Assembly: GCA_039801485.1 (NCBI GenBank)
Contig: JBDRUR010000003.1
Coordinates: forward strand, 1 to 46,637
Direction: 5' to 3'
DNA length: 46,637 nt
Origin: a candidate division WOR-3 bacterium
Lineage (GTDB): Bacteria > Hydrothermota > Tepidihabitantia > Tepidihabitantales > CAIPLT01
Shown here piece after piece: positions 9,594-19,402 of the stretch. The position numbers were made by a program, and so were the translations under genes. The notes below the pieces were generated by a model. The model was given only the letters and a program-made list of their open reading frames with translations. It was not told the DNA's origin and ran no database searches. Each line of letters starts with the position of its first letter. The stretch's first letter is position 1.

Positions 9594-10886
9594 ATGGCAA
9601 ATATTCAGGTAATTAAAATTAACCCATTTTTTACTGTCGTTACCGAAGAGATGGGCTATCTTTCATCGGCATCATTTGGCATTTTCTTTGCGCATGGCAG
9701 TCGATATGAAGATAAAGAAAACCAAGGTATTTGTCATTTAATCGAACACATGCTATTTAAAGGGACAAAGAGTAAAACTGCTCAACAAATTGCTGAAACT
9801 GCCGAATCACTTGGAGCACTGCTGGATGGCTTTACATCGAAAGAATTTTGCGGCATATATTGTCGTTATCTTGCTGATAATTTTGATAAAATTTTAGATT
9901 TGATTGGTGAGATAATCTCTTCACCACGTTTTGATGAATCTGACCTTGAAAAAGAGAAGAATGTAATTGAACAAGAAATTACTGAAACACTCGAAGACCC
10001 GAGGGAACATGTTTTTACTTTGTTATATGAAGCATTATTTCCTAATCATCCATTATCTTTTCCGGTTGCCGGCACAGTCGAAACGGTCCGGGCAATAACC
10101 AAAGAGCAACTGGTTGATTATTGGCATAATCGATTATTACCGTCAAAGTTATGTGTTTCGGCCGCTGGGAAAATTAATCATGGTAAGCTAATTGAACGAT
10201 TAATGAGTAATACTCATTTAAAATTTCCCAATAAACCGCAAGATTACCTAAAAGCGACAATTCAAAATGAACGAACATATATTTTACAAAATCGGCAAGA
10301 TTTATCTCAAATTCATGTTGCCGCTGCTGGTCTTACCTTTTCATATTATGATGAACGACGGTATGCACTATCGGTTTTAGATAATATTCTTGGTGGTTCA
10401 ATGAGTTCAAGATTTTTTCAGCGCTTACGAGAAAAAGAAGGATTAGTTTATACAATTTCAACATTTTATAACCTATATTCTGATGTCGGCCTTTTTGGTG
10501 ATTATTATATTACCGATGCCCGAAATTATTCCAAAGTAGTAAAGTTTGGTATTGAAGAAGTGTTGAAATTAAAAGAACGTGGAATTACTAAAGATGAGTT
10601 GCAAAGAGCAGTAAATTTTTGTAAAGGGATGTTAGCATTAGAATTAGAAAATCCAATGTCCAGAATGATGCGTAATGCCCGTAATTGTCTGCTATTAGAT
10701 AAAATAATTTCGATTGAAGAAGTAATGTCAGCTTACGACCGATTAACTGTTGAAGATATTAATAATATCACTAACATTTTAGACCCGAACGTCTATTCGA
10801 TCGCTTTAATTGGACAACAAGTTGAAAATTTAAAAGATATCAAAGAAAGAATTGGAAAGCCAATTAAAGTAATTATAAAGGATTGA
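9594..10886 (+). CDS. M16 (pitrilysin) family zinc peptidase
   Basis: Inverted zincin HLIEHMLFKGT; LGGSMSSRFFQRLRE; common pnp-M16 synteny. Confidence 0.95.
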   Translation: MANIQVIKINPFFTVVTEEMGYLSSASFGIFFAHGSRYEDKENQGICHLIEHMLFKGTKSKTAQQIAETAESLGALLDGFTSKEFCGIYCRYLADNFDKILDLIGEIISSPRFDESDLEKEKNVIEQEITETLEDPREHVFTLLYEALFPNHPLSFPVAGTVETVRAITKEQLVDYWHNRLLPSKLCVSAAGKINHGKLIERLMSNTHLKFPNKPQDYLKATIQNERTYILQNRQDLSQIHVAAAGLTFSYYDERRYALSVLDNILGGSMSSRFFQRLREKEGLVYTISTFYNLYSDVGLFGDYYITDARNYSKVVKFGIEEVLKLKERGITKDELQRAVNFCKGMLALELENPMSRMMRNARNCLLLDKIISIEEVMSAYDRLTVEDINNITNILDPNVYSIALIGQQVENLKDIKERIGKPIKVIIKD

Positions 10887-10971
10887 AATCCATGACACTG
10901 CAGAATTTTATATTGACTTTGAGTATATTACCGGCAGGATATTTTTTTTAAAATCAAATTAAGGAGGAAAA

Positions 10972-11958
10972 ATGAAAACTTTATTACTCAATGAAACTGA
11001 TGTTAGAAAACTACTGACGATGGAAGATACTTTGAAAGCAGTCGAGCAGGCTTTTTTAGCTAAGGGTCGTCATAAAGCTGATATGCCACCAAAAATGTAT
11101 CTTTTTTATAAGAAATATAATGGGGATATTCGGGTGATGCCGTCTTACCTACCAGAATTGGATATTTCTGGCGTGAAGGTTGTTAATGTCCATCCGAATA
11201 ATCCTAAAAAGTATAATCTGCCAAGTGTAATGGCAACAATTTTATTAATTGAGCCTAAAAATGGTTATCCGATCGCTGTATTTGATGGAACTTGGATTAC
11301 AACTATGAGAACCGGTGCCGCTGGTGGTATTGCGACAAAATATTTATCACGGAAAAATTCAAAAGTTTTGGCATTAATTGGTGCTGGCGTTCAAGCTGAT
11401 ACCCAACTGGCAGCAATTATTCGAGTACGAAAAATTAAAAAAGTAAACGTGTATGATATCCAAGAAAAAACTGCAGTAGACTTTGTAAAAAAACACAAAA
11501 AACTTTATCCAATAGAATATATTGTATCAAAATCAATCAAAGAGTGTGTAGCCGATGCTGACATTATTTCTACCCAAACGCCGGTTAGAGAACCAATTAT
11601 AAAAAACGAATGGATCAAACCAGGGACGCATATAAATGCAATGGGCGCTGATGCACCTGGAAAACAGGAGTTAGATCCAGAATTACTAAAACGAAGCAAA
11701 ATTGTGATTGATGATTGGGAACAAGCAAGCCATTCTGGCGAAATAAATGTACCGTTGAGTCAGGGAGTTATTAACAAAGAGCATATTTATTGTGAAATTG
11801 GGGATATTGTTGCTGGTACAAAAAAAGGTCGCATTGATGACAAAGAAATAACTATTTTTGATTCAACCGGCCTTGGAATTCAAGACTTGACTACCGCGGC
11901 AAAGGTATACAAGATTGCTAAAACGAAAAAAGTCGGCATTTGGCTCCAAATGATATAG
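10972..11958 (+). CDS. ala: Alanine dehydrogenase, archaeal type (ornithine cyclodeaminase/mu-crystallin family)
   Basis: PPKMYL, GDIRVMP, GVKVVNVHP.N, RTGAAG, GAGVQA, GADAPGKQE and FDSTGLGIQD motifs; AAGGAGG SD. Confidence 0.85.
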   Translation: MKTLLLNETDVRKLLTMEDTLKAVEQAFLAKGRHKADMPPKMYLFYKKYNGDIRVMPSYLPELDISGVKVVNVHPNNPKKYNLPSVMATILLIEPKNGYPIAVFDGTWITTMRTGAAGGIATKYLSRKNSKVLALIGAGVQADTQLAAIIRVRKIKKVNVYDIQEKTAVDFVKKHKKLYPIEYIVSKSIKECVADADIISTQTPVREPIIKNEWIKPGTHINAMGADAPGKQELDPELLKRSKIVIDDWEQASHSGEINVPLSQGVINKEHIYCEIGDIVAGTKKGRIDDKEITIFDSTGLGIQDLTTAAKVYKIAKTKKVGIWLQMI

Positions 11959-11983
11959 ATTTAGTGGATTATCGTTCTGTTTA

Positions 11984-13183
11984 ATGACTGACTCGTTTCG
12001 CCCAACGAGAAATAAGAAACTAAAAATCTGTATGGTTTCTGATACTTATTATCCTTACATTGGGGGAATTCCTGAGCACATCTTTAATCTTTCGGTTAAT
12101 TTACGGGCTCGCGGTCATTATGTAAAAATATTGACGACTAATTTCCCAACCAAAATGTTAAAAACGCTTCCGGAAATGCCCGATGAACAATGGACTTATC
12201 GTATTGGCAACGGTCTGGTAATCCGTGCGAATAAGTCATTAGCAATTATACCGATTGGTTGGCGGTTATCGGATAAAGTTGAAAGATTTTTTTTAACAGA
12301 AAGGTTTGATATTGTTCATATTCACGGTTCATTAGCACCAATGTTGCCAGTGTTAGCAATTAGACACTCTCACGCAATCAATATTATCACTTTTCATGCA
12401 TCGCATCCTAAAGACAAAAAATATCTACTCTTTTTCCCATTAATTGAACCATATAACAAGCACTTGCATGGTCGAATTGCGGTTTCTCAATCCGCATATG
12501 AGTCCAATATGCACTATTTTCCTGGTGAATGTCAAGTTATTCCGAATGCGATTGATATAAAATTATTCAATCCAAATGTACCCCCCCTTCCTCAATTTAA
12601 TAATAGTCGCCCGAAAATACTTTTTTTGGGACGATTTGAACCGCGAAAGGGATTAAAATACTTATTGGGTGCATTGCCAATTATAAAACAACAAATTCCT
12701 GATGTTTTGCTAATTATTTGCGGGGCAGGATTATTAGGGTATGCTTATCAAGAGTACATTTCTAAAGAAATTAAAGATAATATTTATTTGGCTGGGTTAA
12801 TTCGTGGAGAAGAACGACCGCATTATTATGCAAGTTGCGATGTTTTTTGTGCGCCGTCGATTGGACACGAAAGTTTTGGTATTGTATTACTTGAAGCAAT
12901 GGCGTGTGGTAAACCGGTAGTCGCTTCTGATATTTCCGGTTATCGCACAATTTTGGAAGACGGGGTTCAAGGTTATCTAACAAAAGTTCGTTCATCTGAA
13001 GATATTGCCAATAAAATTATTAAAATTTTAACCAATCCTTCATTAAGAAAAAAAATGGGTGAACAAGGTAGAAAGAAAGCCGAAGTGTATTCTTGGGAAA
13101 AGATTACCGATAAAATTGAAAATTATTACTATCAATTAATAAATACTTATCCACCATATGCCAGACGATATATAAAAACTTAA
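11984..13183 (+). CDS. GT4 glycosyltransferase (PimA-like)
   Basis: YPYIGG, FLGRFEPRKG and ESFGIVLLEAMACG (EX7E) motifs. Confidence 0.92.
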   Translation: MTDSFRPTRNKKLKICMVSDTYYPYIGGIPEHIFNLSVNLRARGHYVKILTTNFPTKMLKTLPEMPDEQWTYRIGNGLVIRANKSLAIIPIGWRLSDKVERFFLTERFDIVHIHGSLAPMLPVLAIRHSHAINIITFHASHPKDKKYLLFFPLIEPYNKHLHGRIAVSQSAYESNMHYFPGECQVIPNAIDIKLFNPNVPPLPQFNNSRPKILFLGRFEPRKGLKYLLGALPIIKQQIPDVLLIICGAGLLGYAYQEYISKEIKDNIYLAGLIRGEERPHYYASCDVFCAPSIGHESFGIVLLEAMACGKPVVASDISGYRTILEDGVQGYLTKVRSSEDIANKIIKILTNPSLRKKMGEQGRKKAEVYSWEKITDKIENYYYQLINTYPPYARRYIKT

Positions 13184-13191
13184 AAGGTTTA

Positions 13192-14640
13192 ATGGTAAAA
13201 GAACAAAATAACAATAGTGCAACGCCTGATATAGGACAATTGATTTCTGATAAAGGAAACAATTCACAAGGCAATTCATTAACAATTCGAGAAAGCTCAA
13301 TCAGTGTCACGCCCGTCATTCCTAAGGAGCGTGGGCAATTTTTATCAATACTAAAAATCAGAAATTTCATGCTATTTTCGTTATCTCAGGCGGTTTCGTT
13401 GTTTGGGGATAAACTTGACTATATGGCACTGTTGGCGATGATTGCTTACTTTGCAGATAAACTTGGGTGGCAGAGTGCACGAGCGATATCTTATCTTTCG
13501 GTCGTTATTACATTACCAACTATTCTTTTTGGTCCTTTGGCTGGTGTTTTGGTCGACCGGTGGAATCGGCTTAAAGTTCTAATATTTTGTGATAGCAGTC
13601 GGGCGGTGTTAGTGGCAATTATACCATTAATTATTATTCAATCAAAAAGTTTATATCTTGTTTATTTTATCGTTTTTATCGTATTTATTTTTGGGTTATT
13701 TTTTAATACCGCGCGCTTGGCAATAATTCCCAATTTAGTAGCAAAACGTCGATTATTAGCCGCAAATTCATTTATGAATTTTATTGGTCGGGTCGCGACC
13801 TTTCTCGGAATGTTTTTTGGTGGATTAATTGTTGATTGGCAATTTTGGCAGAAAATAGGTATAACTCATACTTGGAGTGCCGGTTTCTATATTGATGCTT
13901 TAACCTATTTGGTTTCTGTTACAGTACTATTGATCATTGCGATCAAAACAAATGTGTTTCATCAAAAAGACATTGGACATAGTCCATTGAAGTCGATTAT
14001 AATTCAAGCATCAACAAAAGAGAAAAATACTATAAATGAAATTAAACTCGCAATAAAATACATAAGTAAAACTCCGCCAATTTTATTTGTATTTACCAGT
14101 ATTATTTTAACGGTCATAATTGGTGCCTCAGTATTTATTCTATTGGTGCCAATAATTCAATTGCCCGCTGCTAAGATGGGATTTGGTGTTGGGACTAAAG
14201 GCGTTGGTTTTGTGGCAGCAATTGGTGCAGTTGGATTGGTATTGAGTTCAATGGGATTTGGAATTATCGGGCACAAAATAAATAAACAATATATGTTATT
14301 GATTAGCTTTATTGTATTGGGGATTATTGCAATCATAATTTCACTTTTAAACTCTTTTGTTGCCTTGATACCGATGGCATTTATTGCGGGATTATTTATA
14401 TCGCCAATTTTTATAATTCAAGACACAATGCTTCACGAAATTTTGCCGGAAGCAATGCGTGGGAGGATTTTTTCTACAAGGGAATGGATACTTCATTTAT
14501 CATTTGCGCTTGCTTGTTTGACGGTCGGCGAGCTCACCAATTTCTTTACCCCAAGGCATTTACTTAGCACAGCCGGCATAGTTGTGATAATAACAAGTAT
14601 TATTTTTATAATTTTGTTTAACAAAAGGTATCACCAATAA
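13192..14640 (+). CDS. MFS transporter (DHA3/H+ antiporter-like)
   Basis: About 12 hydrophobic segments; SQAVSLFGD, GVLVDRWNR (motif A) and MRGRIFS. Confidence 0.9.
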   Translation: MVKEQNNNSATPDIGQLISDKGNNSQGNSLTIRESSISVTPVIPKERGQFLSILKIRNFMLFSLSQAVSLFGDKLDYMALLAMIAYFADKLGWQSARAISYLSVVITLPTILFGPLAGVLVDRWNRLKVLIFCDSSRAVLVAIIPLIIIQSKSLYLVYFIVFIVFIFGLFFNTARLAIIPNLVAKRRLLAANSFMNFIGRVATFLGMFFGGLIVDWQFWQKIGITHTWSAGFYIDALTYLVSVTVLLIIAIKTNVFHQKDIGHSPLKSIIIQASTKEKNTINEIKLAIKYISKTPPILFVFTSIILTVIIGASVFILLVPIIQLPAAKMGFGVGTKGVGFVAAIGAVGLVLSSMGFGIIGHKINKQYMLLISFIVLGIIAIIISLLNSFVALIPMAFIAGLFISPIFIIQDTMLHEILPEAMRGRIFSTREWILHLSFALACLTVGELTNFFTPRHLLSTAGIVVIITSIIFIILFNKRYHQ

Positions 14641-14645
14641 AAACT

Positions 14646-15059
14646 ATGTATTACACGATAGAACTTACAACAAAGCAAAGAACAGAATTGGTGGATATCA
14701 CAAAAAAAATAGAAGAAATTATTAGGAAATCTAACACTAAATCAGGGATAGCAATTATTTATGTTCCGCATACAACAGCGGCAGTGACGATTAATGAAAA
14801 TTATGACCCGAGTGTAATCGCAGATATAAATGAAACATTAAATCGACTTGTTCCACATCATTTCCATTACAATCACACCGAAGGTAATGCTGATGCTCAT
14901 ATTAAAGCCGCAATTATTGGCTCAAGTCGCATTGTTTTTTACGAACACAATCAGATTCAATTTGGGACCTGGCAGGGGATTTTTTTCTGTGAGTTTGATG
15001 GTCCAAGAAAAAGAAAGGTCTTCGTGAAAATTTTACCAGACCCGGAAGAGAATAAATAA
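14646..15059 (+). CDS. yjbQ: YjbQ/UPF0047 family protein
   Basis: PHTTA, GNADAHIK and GTWQGIFFCEFDGPR motifs. Confidence 0.93.
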   Translation: MYYTIELTTKQRTELVDITKKIEEIIRKSNTKSGIAIIYVPHTTAAVTINENYDPSVIADINETLNRLVPHHFHYNHTEGNADAHIKAAIIGSSRIVFYEHNQIQFGTWQGIFFCEFDGPRKRKVFVKILPDPEENK

Positions 15060-15094
15060 ATAAAGTCATCTGTAGATTAACTTGATTAGATATA

Positions 15095-16273
15095 GTGCCT
15101 AAGGTTTTAATAATTTCATATTATACGCCACCGATTGGCATGAGTGGCGTTATGCGGATAACAAAACTCGCCAAATATCTAAAAAAATTTGGTTGGCAAC
15201 CATCAATTTTGACTACCAAACAAATTGCCTATTATCATTATGACTATGAATTATTAAACGATTTGAGAGAAATACCAATATACCGTAGCGAAAATCTGGA
15301 TTTTGCCCGATTGTTATATTTAATTAAAATACCACAAAAGTTGATTAATCATGGAACTGGTAAAATTAGTCTTTTTAGTAATTTCTTTTTTTTCCCAGAT
15401 GCCAAGGTTTTTTGGATAAGATTTGCCTATAAACTCGGCTGTAAAATTGTTTCGAATTTCAAACCCGATGTTATTTTAGCGTCGGCACCGCCATTTAGTT
15501 CGTTAATAGTTGCACGTTGGTTAAAAGAAAAATTTCAAATTCCATTTATTGCTGATTTCCGTGATCCCTGGCCCACCGGCACATTTCCGCCACCGAAATC
15601 ATATCAAAAGAAACTACGGGAATTGAGAAATATGATTACTAATAACGCTGACGCTGTTACTGTTGTCAATCGGATGACGGCATTACAAATAGATTTTCCT
15701 AATGCTTACATAATTGAGAATGGGTATGACCCTGATGATTTTAAATTACCGGCATATGATTTTTCTAAATTTAGTATTGTTTATACTGGAAACATTTCTA
15801 ATTATATTAATGAATTATGTTTGACAGCAGAAGCAGTTGCAAGTTTGCCGGATATTAAGATTTTTTTAGCAGGGAAAAGCAGCGCCAAAGATTTAGCCAA
15901 ACTTGCACAATATGGAAATGTTGAGTATCTTGGTATGCTTCCCCACTCCAAAACAGTATCACTGATGAAAGGCGCATCTTTATTATTATATATTTCGAAA
16001 CCTAACCAAATTGTCGGAATAAAACTTTATGAATATTTTGGTGCCCAAAAACCAATTTTAGGTGTTTGCAATAAATGCAATGAAGCCATGCGTCTAATTG
16101 AATATCATAATGTCGGAATTTCGGTCGGTTGTCGTAAAGATGAGATTAGAAATGCCATTTTGCAACTTAAAGACAATTTAACTTCGTTCCAACCAAAAGA
16201 TATTGACCGCTATAATCGAATAAATCAAGCAGCATTGCTTTGTTCATTAATGAATCGAATTATTGGGAAATGA
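15095..16273 (+). CDS. GT4-like glycosyltransferase
   Basis: YYTPP.G.SG..R, DFRDPW, NGYD and KLYEY motifs. Confidence 0.88.
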   Translation: MPKVLIISYYTPPIGMSGVMRITKLAKYLKKFGWQPSILTTKQIAYYHYDYELLNDLREIPIYRSENLDFARLLYLIKIPQKLINHGTGKISLFSNFFFFPDAKVFWIRFAYKLGCKIVSNFKPDVILASAPPFSSLIVARWLKEKFQIPFIADFRDPWPTGTFPPPKSYQKKLRELRNMITNNADAVTVVNRMTALQIDFPNAYIIENGYDPDDFKLPAYDFSKFSIVYTGNISNYINELCLTAEAVASLPDIKIFLAGKSSAKDLAKLAQYGNVEYLGMLPHSKTVSLMKGASLLLYISKPNQIVGIKLYEYFGAQKPILGVCNKCNEAMRLIEYHNVGISVGCRKDEIRNAILQLKDNLTSFQPKDIDRYNRINQAALLCSLMNRIIGK

Positions 16274-16285
16274 ATCTCCCAAATT

Positions 16286-17278
16286 TTATTTTGCGTAACC
16301 GCGACGGTAATAAGCTAAGATATCAGACAATGTCTTAGTAAATTCAATTTCTGGCTTCCAGCCAGTTTGTTTAATAAACTTATCGGCACTGCCACTTAAT
16401 CGTAGAATATCTTTATTTCTAATAAAACTTTTATCCACTAAAACTTTTATTTTTTTACTACTTAAACTCAAAAGATATTCAACGCCAAATCTTATGGTAT
16501 AAGATTTACTACTGGTAATATTATATACTTTACCTGTTGAACACTTTTCTAATGCAAGTTGATAAGCTTTGACAATATCACGAACATCGCAATAATCGCG
16601 TTTGACATCAAGGTTGCCGACCTTGATGTTGGGTTCTTTTTTCCCAATTTCAATTTCCACTATTTCTTTGGCAATTCTCGGGAAGACAAAATGTTCATTT
16701 TGTCCGGGACCGGTATGACTAAAAGGCCGTAAGATAATAATATCAAAGTCTAAATTGTTGATATAATAAAAACATAATTTTTCGGCACAATATTTGCTAA
16801 ACGCATAAAAATTCATCGGCTTTGGTAACGATTTCTCAGTTAGTTTTGTCTTTTGTCGGGCGGAAGAACCGTAGACTTCTGCCGACGATATGTAGATAAC
16901 CCTCGGGTAAATTTTTGTTTGCCTAATTGATTCTAAGACATTTAAAAAACCGAGCACGTTAATTTCAAATGTTTCAATTGGTTTGGCTTCACCGACTGAA
17001 ACTGAGCTCTGAGCAGCAAGATGGAAGATAGCATCTGGTGATACCTTGTTAATAATTTTAAATAATTGTTCGAAATTACGAATGTCACATTGATACAGTC
17101 GATATTTATTTTTTTCACAAGTTTTATTAGCATTTTCAATTGTATAACCAATTTCTTGGAAAGGCTGGTAATAAATGCCCGATATTTTATAATTTAAGGA
17201 ATAAAGATGTTGGGCTAAATACCTTCCGACAAATCCTTCGATACCTATAATTAAGATGTGATTGTATTTAAGGTGCAT
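16286..17278 (-). CDS. GDP-mannose dehydratase/Rmd-like NAD(P)-dependent SDR
   Basis: GIEGFVG, HLAAQS, SSAEVYG, YAFSK and GNLDVKRD motifs. Confidence 0.88.
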   Translation of the reverse strand: MHLKYNHILIIGIEGFVGRYLAQHLYSLNYKISGIYYQPFQEIGYTIENANKTCEKNKYRLYQCDIRNFEQLFKIINKVSPDAIFHLAAQSSVSVGEAKPIETFEINVLGFLNVLESIRQTKIYPRVIYISSAEVYGSSARQKTKLTEKSLPKPMNFYAFSKYCAEKLCFYYINNLDFDIIILRPFSHTGPGQNEHFVFPRIAKEIVEIEIGKKEPNIKVGNLDVKRDYCDVRDIVKAYQLALEKCSTGKVYNITSSKSYTIRFGVEYLLSLSSKKIKVLVDKSFIRNKDILRLSGSADKFIKQTGWKPEIEFTKTLSDILAYYRRGYAK

Positions 17279-17343
17279 TTATAATAAAAATAGATAATTG
17301 TTTGATATTTTTCATCAGAGATTATTGTAAATATTTCGTTAGA

Positions 17344-18309
17344 TTAGCTGATTTTTTGACGCCAGAAATTAAGTAAATCACTAAGTGTTTGTTTAAATGG
17401 GATTTCGGGACGCCAACCGATTTCTTTGGATATTTTAGTATTATCGCCAATTAGCAATTCAACATCTGATGGTCTTAATCTCTTGGGGTCTTGTTTTATA
17501 TCAATATCGACTTTTGCAAGCGAAAGTAAAATATTGAGCATTTCTTTTATTTTATAGCCTTTACCGCTACAAACATTGTAAACTTCACCCGGTTTCCCTT
17601 TGGCCAAGGTTAGATAATAGGCGCGAACAACATCGCGGACATCGGTAAAATCACGAACTGCATCTAAATTGCCAACATATATTATCGGTTTTCTTATGCC
17701 CTTTTCAATCTCGACAATTTGTTTGGAAAAGTTTGAGGTAACAAAAACTTCTCCTCGTCTCGGACCAGTATGGTTAAATGCTCTGGTTCTAATAATCTTT
17801 AGGTTATAACTCATGAAATATTGATAACCCATAAGGTCTTGGGCCACTTTGCTGACACCATACGGACTTAAAGGTCTTAAAGGGTTGGTTTCTTTGATTG
17901 GTGTTTCTTTTGGGTAAACCATTCCGTATTCCTCACTAGAACCAGCGATGTGAATTAAACAGTCTGTGAGCTTTAGATTGCGAACTGCCTCAAAAATATT
18001 AACTTCGGACAGAATATTTGTAGTAAGTGTTTCTGCTGGGGCAACCCAGGACATTGGGACATAGCTTTGTGCTGCCAGATGAAATATCATATCGGGTTTA
18101 ATTTTTTTTATAATATCAAAGGTTGCGGTCATGTCTTTTAAGTCGCATTCATAAAGTATAAGTTGGTTCTTAATGTGTTCAATGTTTTCCATTCGCGAAC
18201 GCCAGCGAAATGTGCCGAAGACTTTGTGTTTTTTTTCTTTGAGTAAAAATTCAGCTAAATGACTACCAGCAAAACCAGTAATTCCGGTTATTAATATATT
18301 CATATTCAC
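17344..18309 (-). CDS. GDP-mannose dehydratase/Rmd-like SDR (GDP-4-keto-6-deoxymannose reductase-like)
   Basis: GITGFAG, HLAAQS, GSSEEYG, YGVSK, FNHTGP and GNLDAVRDFTDVRD motifs. Confidence 0.9.
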   Translation of the reverse strand: MNMNILITGITGFAGSHLAEFLLKEKKHKVFGTFRWRSRMENIEHIKNQLILYECDLKDMTATFDIIKKIKPDMIFHLAAQSYVPMSWVAPAETLTTNILSEVNIFEAVRNLKLTDCLIHIAGSSEEYGMVYPKETPIKETNPLRPLSPYGVSKVAQDLMGYQYFMSYNLKIIRTRAFNHTGPRRGEVFVTSNFSKQIVEIEKGIRKPIIYVGNLDAVRDFTDVRDVVRAYYLTLAKGKPGEVYNVCSGKGYKIKEMLNILLSLAKVDIDIKQDPKRLRPSDVELLIGDNTKISKEIGWRPEIPFKQTLSDLLNFWRQKIS

Positions 18310-18325
18310 CCCTTTTATAAAAATA

Positions 18326-18514
18326 TCAAGCTTTTTCTACTTTACCGGAGCGTATGCAGCGGGTGCATACCCAAATTTTTTTAACTTCGCCGGCCACTTT
18401 TGCTTTTACTCGCTGTAAGTTAGGTTCCCAACGGCGTTTAGTCACATTATGAGCATGACTAATATTTGACCCGACCACACCAACTTTACCACAAATCTCG
18501 CAATGTTTTGCCAT
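18326..18514 (-). CDS. rpmB: 50S ribosomal protein L28 (CxxC, zinc-binding type)
   Basis: CEICGK...SHAHNVTKRRWEPNLQ...CTRC; GGAGG SD. Confidence 0.98.
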   Translation of the reverse strand: MAKHCEICGKVGVVGSNISHAHNVTKRRWEPNLQRVKAKVAGEVKKIWVCTRCIRSGKVEKA

Positions 18515-18623
18515 ATTGCCTCCACAAATTAATTTAATCTCATATGCAAATCACTATAAAATAATAAATATTTTGATAATGTCAACATATTGCCTTGCGC
18601 TTCTTTTTGTTACCAATTATCGA

Positions 18624-18706
18624 TGCCGAGGAGGGGAGTTGAACCCCTACGGTTTTTCACCACTAAGTCCTGAGCCTAGCGCGTCTGCCAATTCCGCCAC
18701 CTCGGC
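18624..18706 (-). tRNA. tRNA-Leu(CAG), CCA not encoded
   Basis: Acceptor stem GCCGAGG/CCTCGGC + A; D-arm TGGCGGAATTGGCAGACGC; anticodon arm CTAGG-CT-CAG-GA-CTTAG; long variable arm; T-arm AGGGG-TTCAACT-CCCCT. Confidence 0.97.
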
Positions 18707-18723
18707 AACTTTTAATTTATTTC

Positions 18724-18751
18724 ATTTTACTGTCTTTAATTATCCTGTCAA
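18724..18751 (-). promoter_or_regulatory. Promoter of tRNA-Leu
   Basis: TTGACA, 16 nt, TAAAAT on the minus strand. Confidence 0.75.
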
Positions 18752-18807
18752 CGTTTATTTGCAATGCATAATGATTATCTTATTAAAAAATACAGCTGAT
18801 AAATTGA

Positions 18808-18835
18808 TTGACATCTGATATTTTTAATTTACAAT
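18808..18835 (+). promoter_or_regulatory. Promoter of the 18842 gene/fusA (probably leaderless mRNA)
   Basis: TTGACA, 16 nt, TACAAT; ATG 6 nt downstream; no SD. Confidence 0.7.
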
Positions 18836-18841
18836 TTAATC

Positions 18842-19378
18842 ATGAATAAAAGATATCCGGTTATTTTTTTCTGGATTTTTACTGTTTTAATATTGAATAC
18901 CTGTCAGCAGAATATCAATAAAATAGAACTTAGGGAAATTGGTTTTATAATGCCATTACCAACTGGTTGGCAAGTTGATAGTAAAGATAAGACATTATTT
19001 TATCAGCAATTAAAAAAAGATGAGAATTTTGGCTGGATAGATATTTATGAGTTAGCCCCAGGTGAATCGTTAGTCGATTTAGTCGACTCATTAATTGTCG
19101 ATTTGCAAAATTTCCTGCTTGAAGAAAAAGCATCTCTAAGTGAATATGATACACTTGATTTAGTATTTGATTTCAAGGTTTTACAGAAAAAGATAACAAC
19201 AATCAGCAATCGTCCGGCTATCGAATTAATTAGTGAATTTGATGGTATGCTTTACGAAGTTTACATACTCAATGATGATTTGGTAGTTCAAGTCTCATTT
19301 AGGATTTCAAAGGATGATTTTAAGAGTTATGAATCAACTTTACAAAATGTCATCAATAGTATCCAATTTCGGGAATAA
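18842..19378 (+). CDS. Hypothetical exported protein, possibly a lipoprotein with PsbP/Mog1-like fold
   Basis: Signal-like N-terminus ending LNTC; F.MPLPTGW near the N-terminus and a C-terminal VINSIQF pattern reminiscent of PsbP-like proteins. Confidence 0.6.
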   Translation: MNKRYPVIFFWIFTVLILNTCQQNINKIELREIGFIMPLPTGWQVDSKDKTLFYQQLKKDENFGWIDIYELAPGESLVDLVDSLIVDLQNFLLEEKASLSEYDTLDLVFDFKVLQKKITTISNRPAIELISEFDGMLYEVYILNDDLVVQVSFRISKDDFKSYESTLQNVINSIQFRE

Positions 19379-19402
19379 ACAATTATTTTAAATTAATCGT
19401 TT

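Noticed and set aside
18600-18720. tRNA-Leu as integration site of an island
   Set aside because: No integrase and no duplicated tRNA 3' end seen; rpmB follows directly. ORF 18516-18818 is an antisense shadow of the tRNA.
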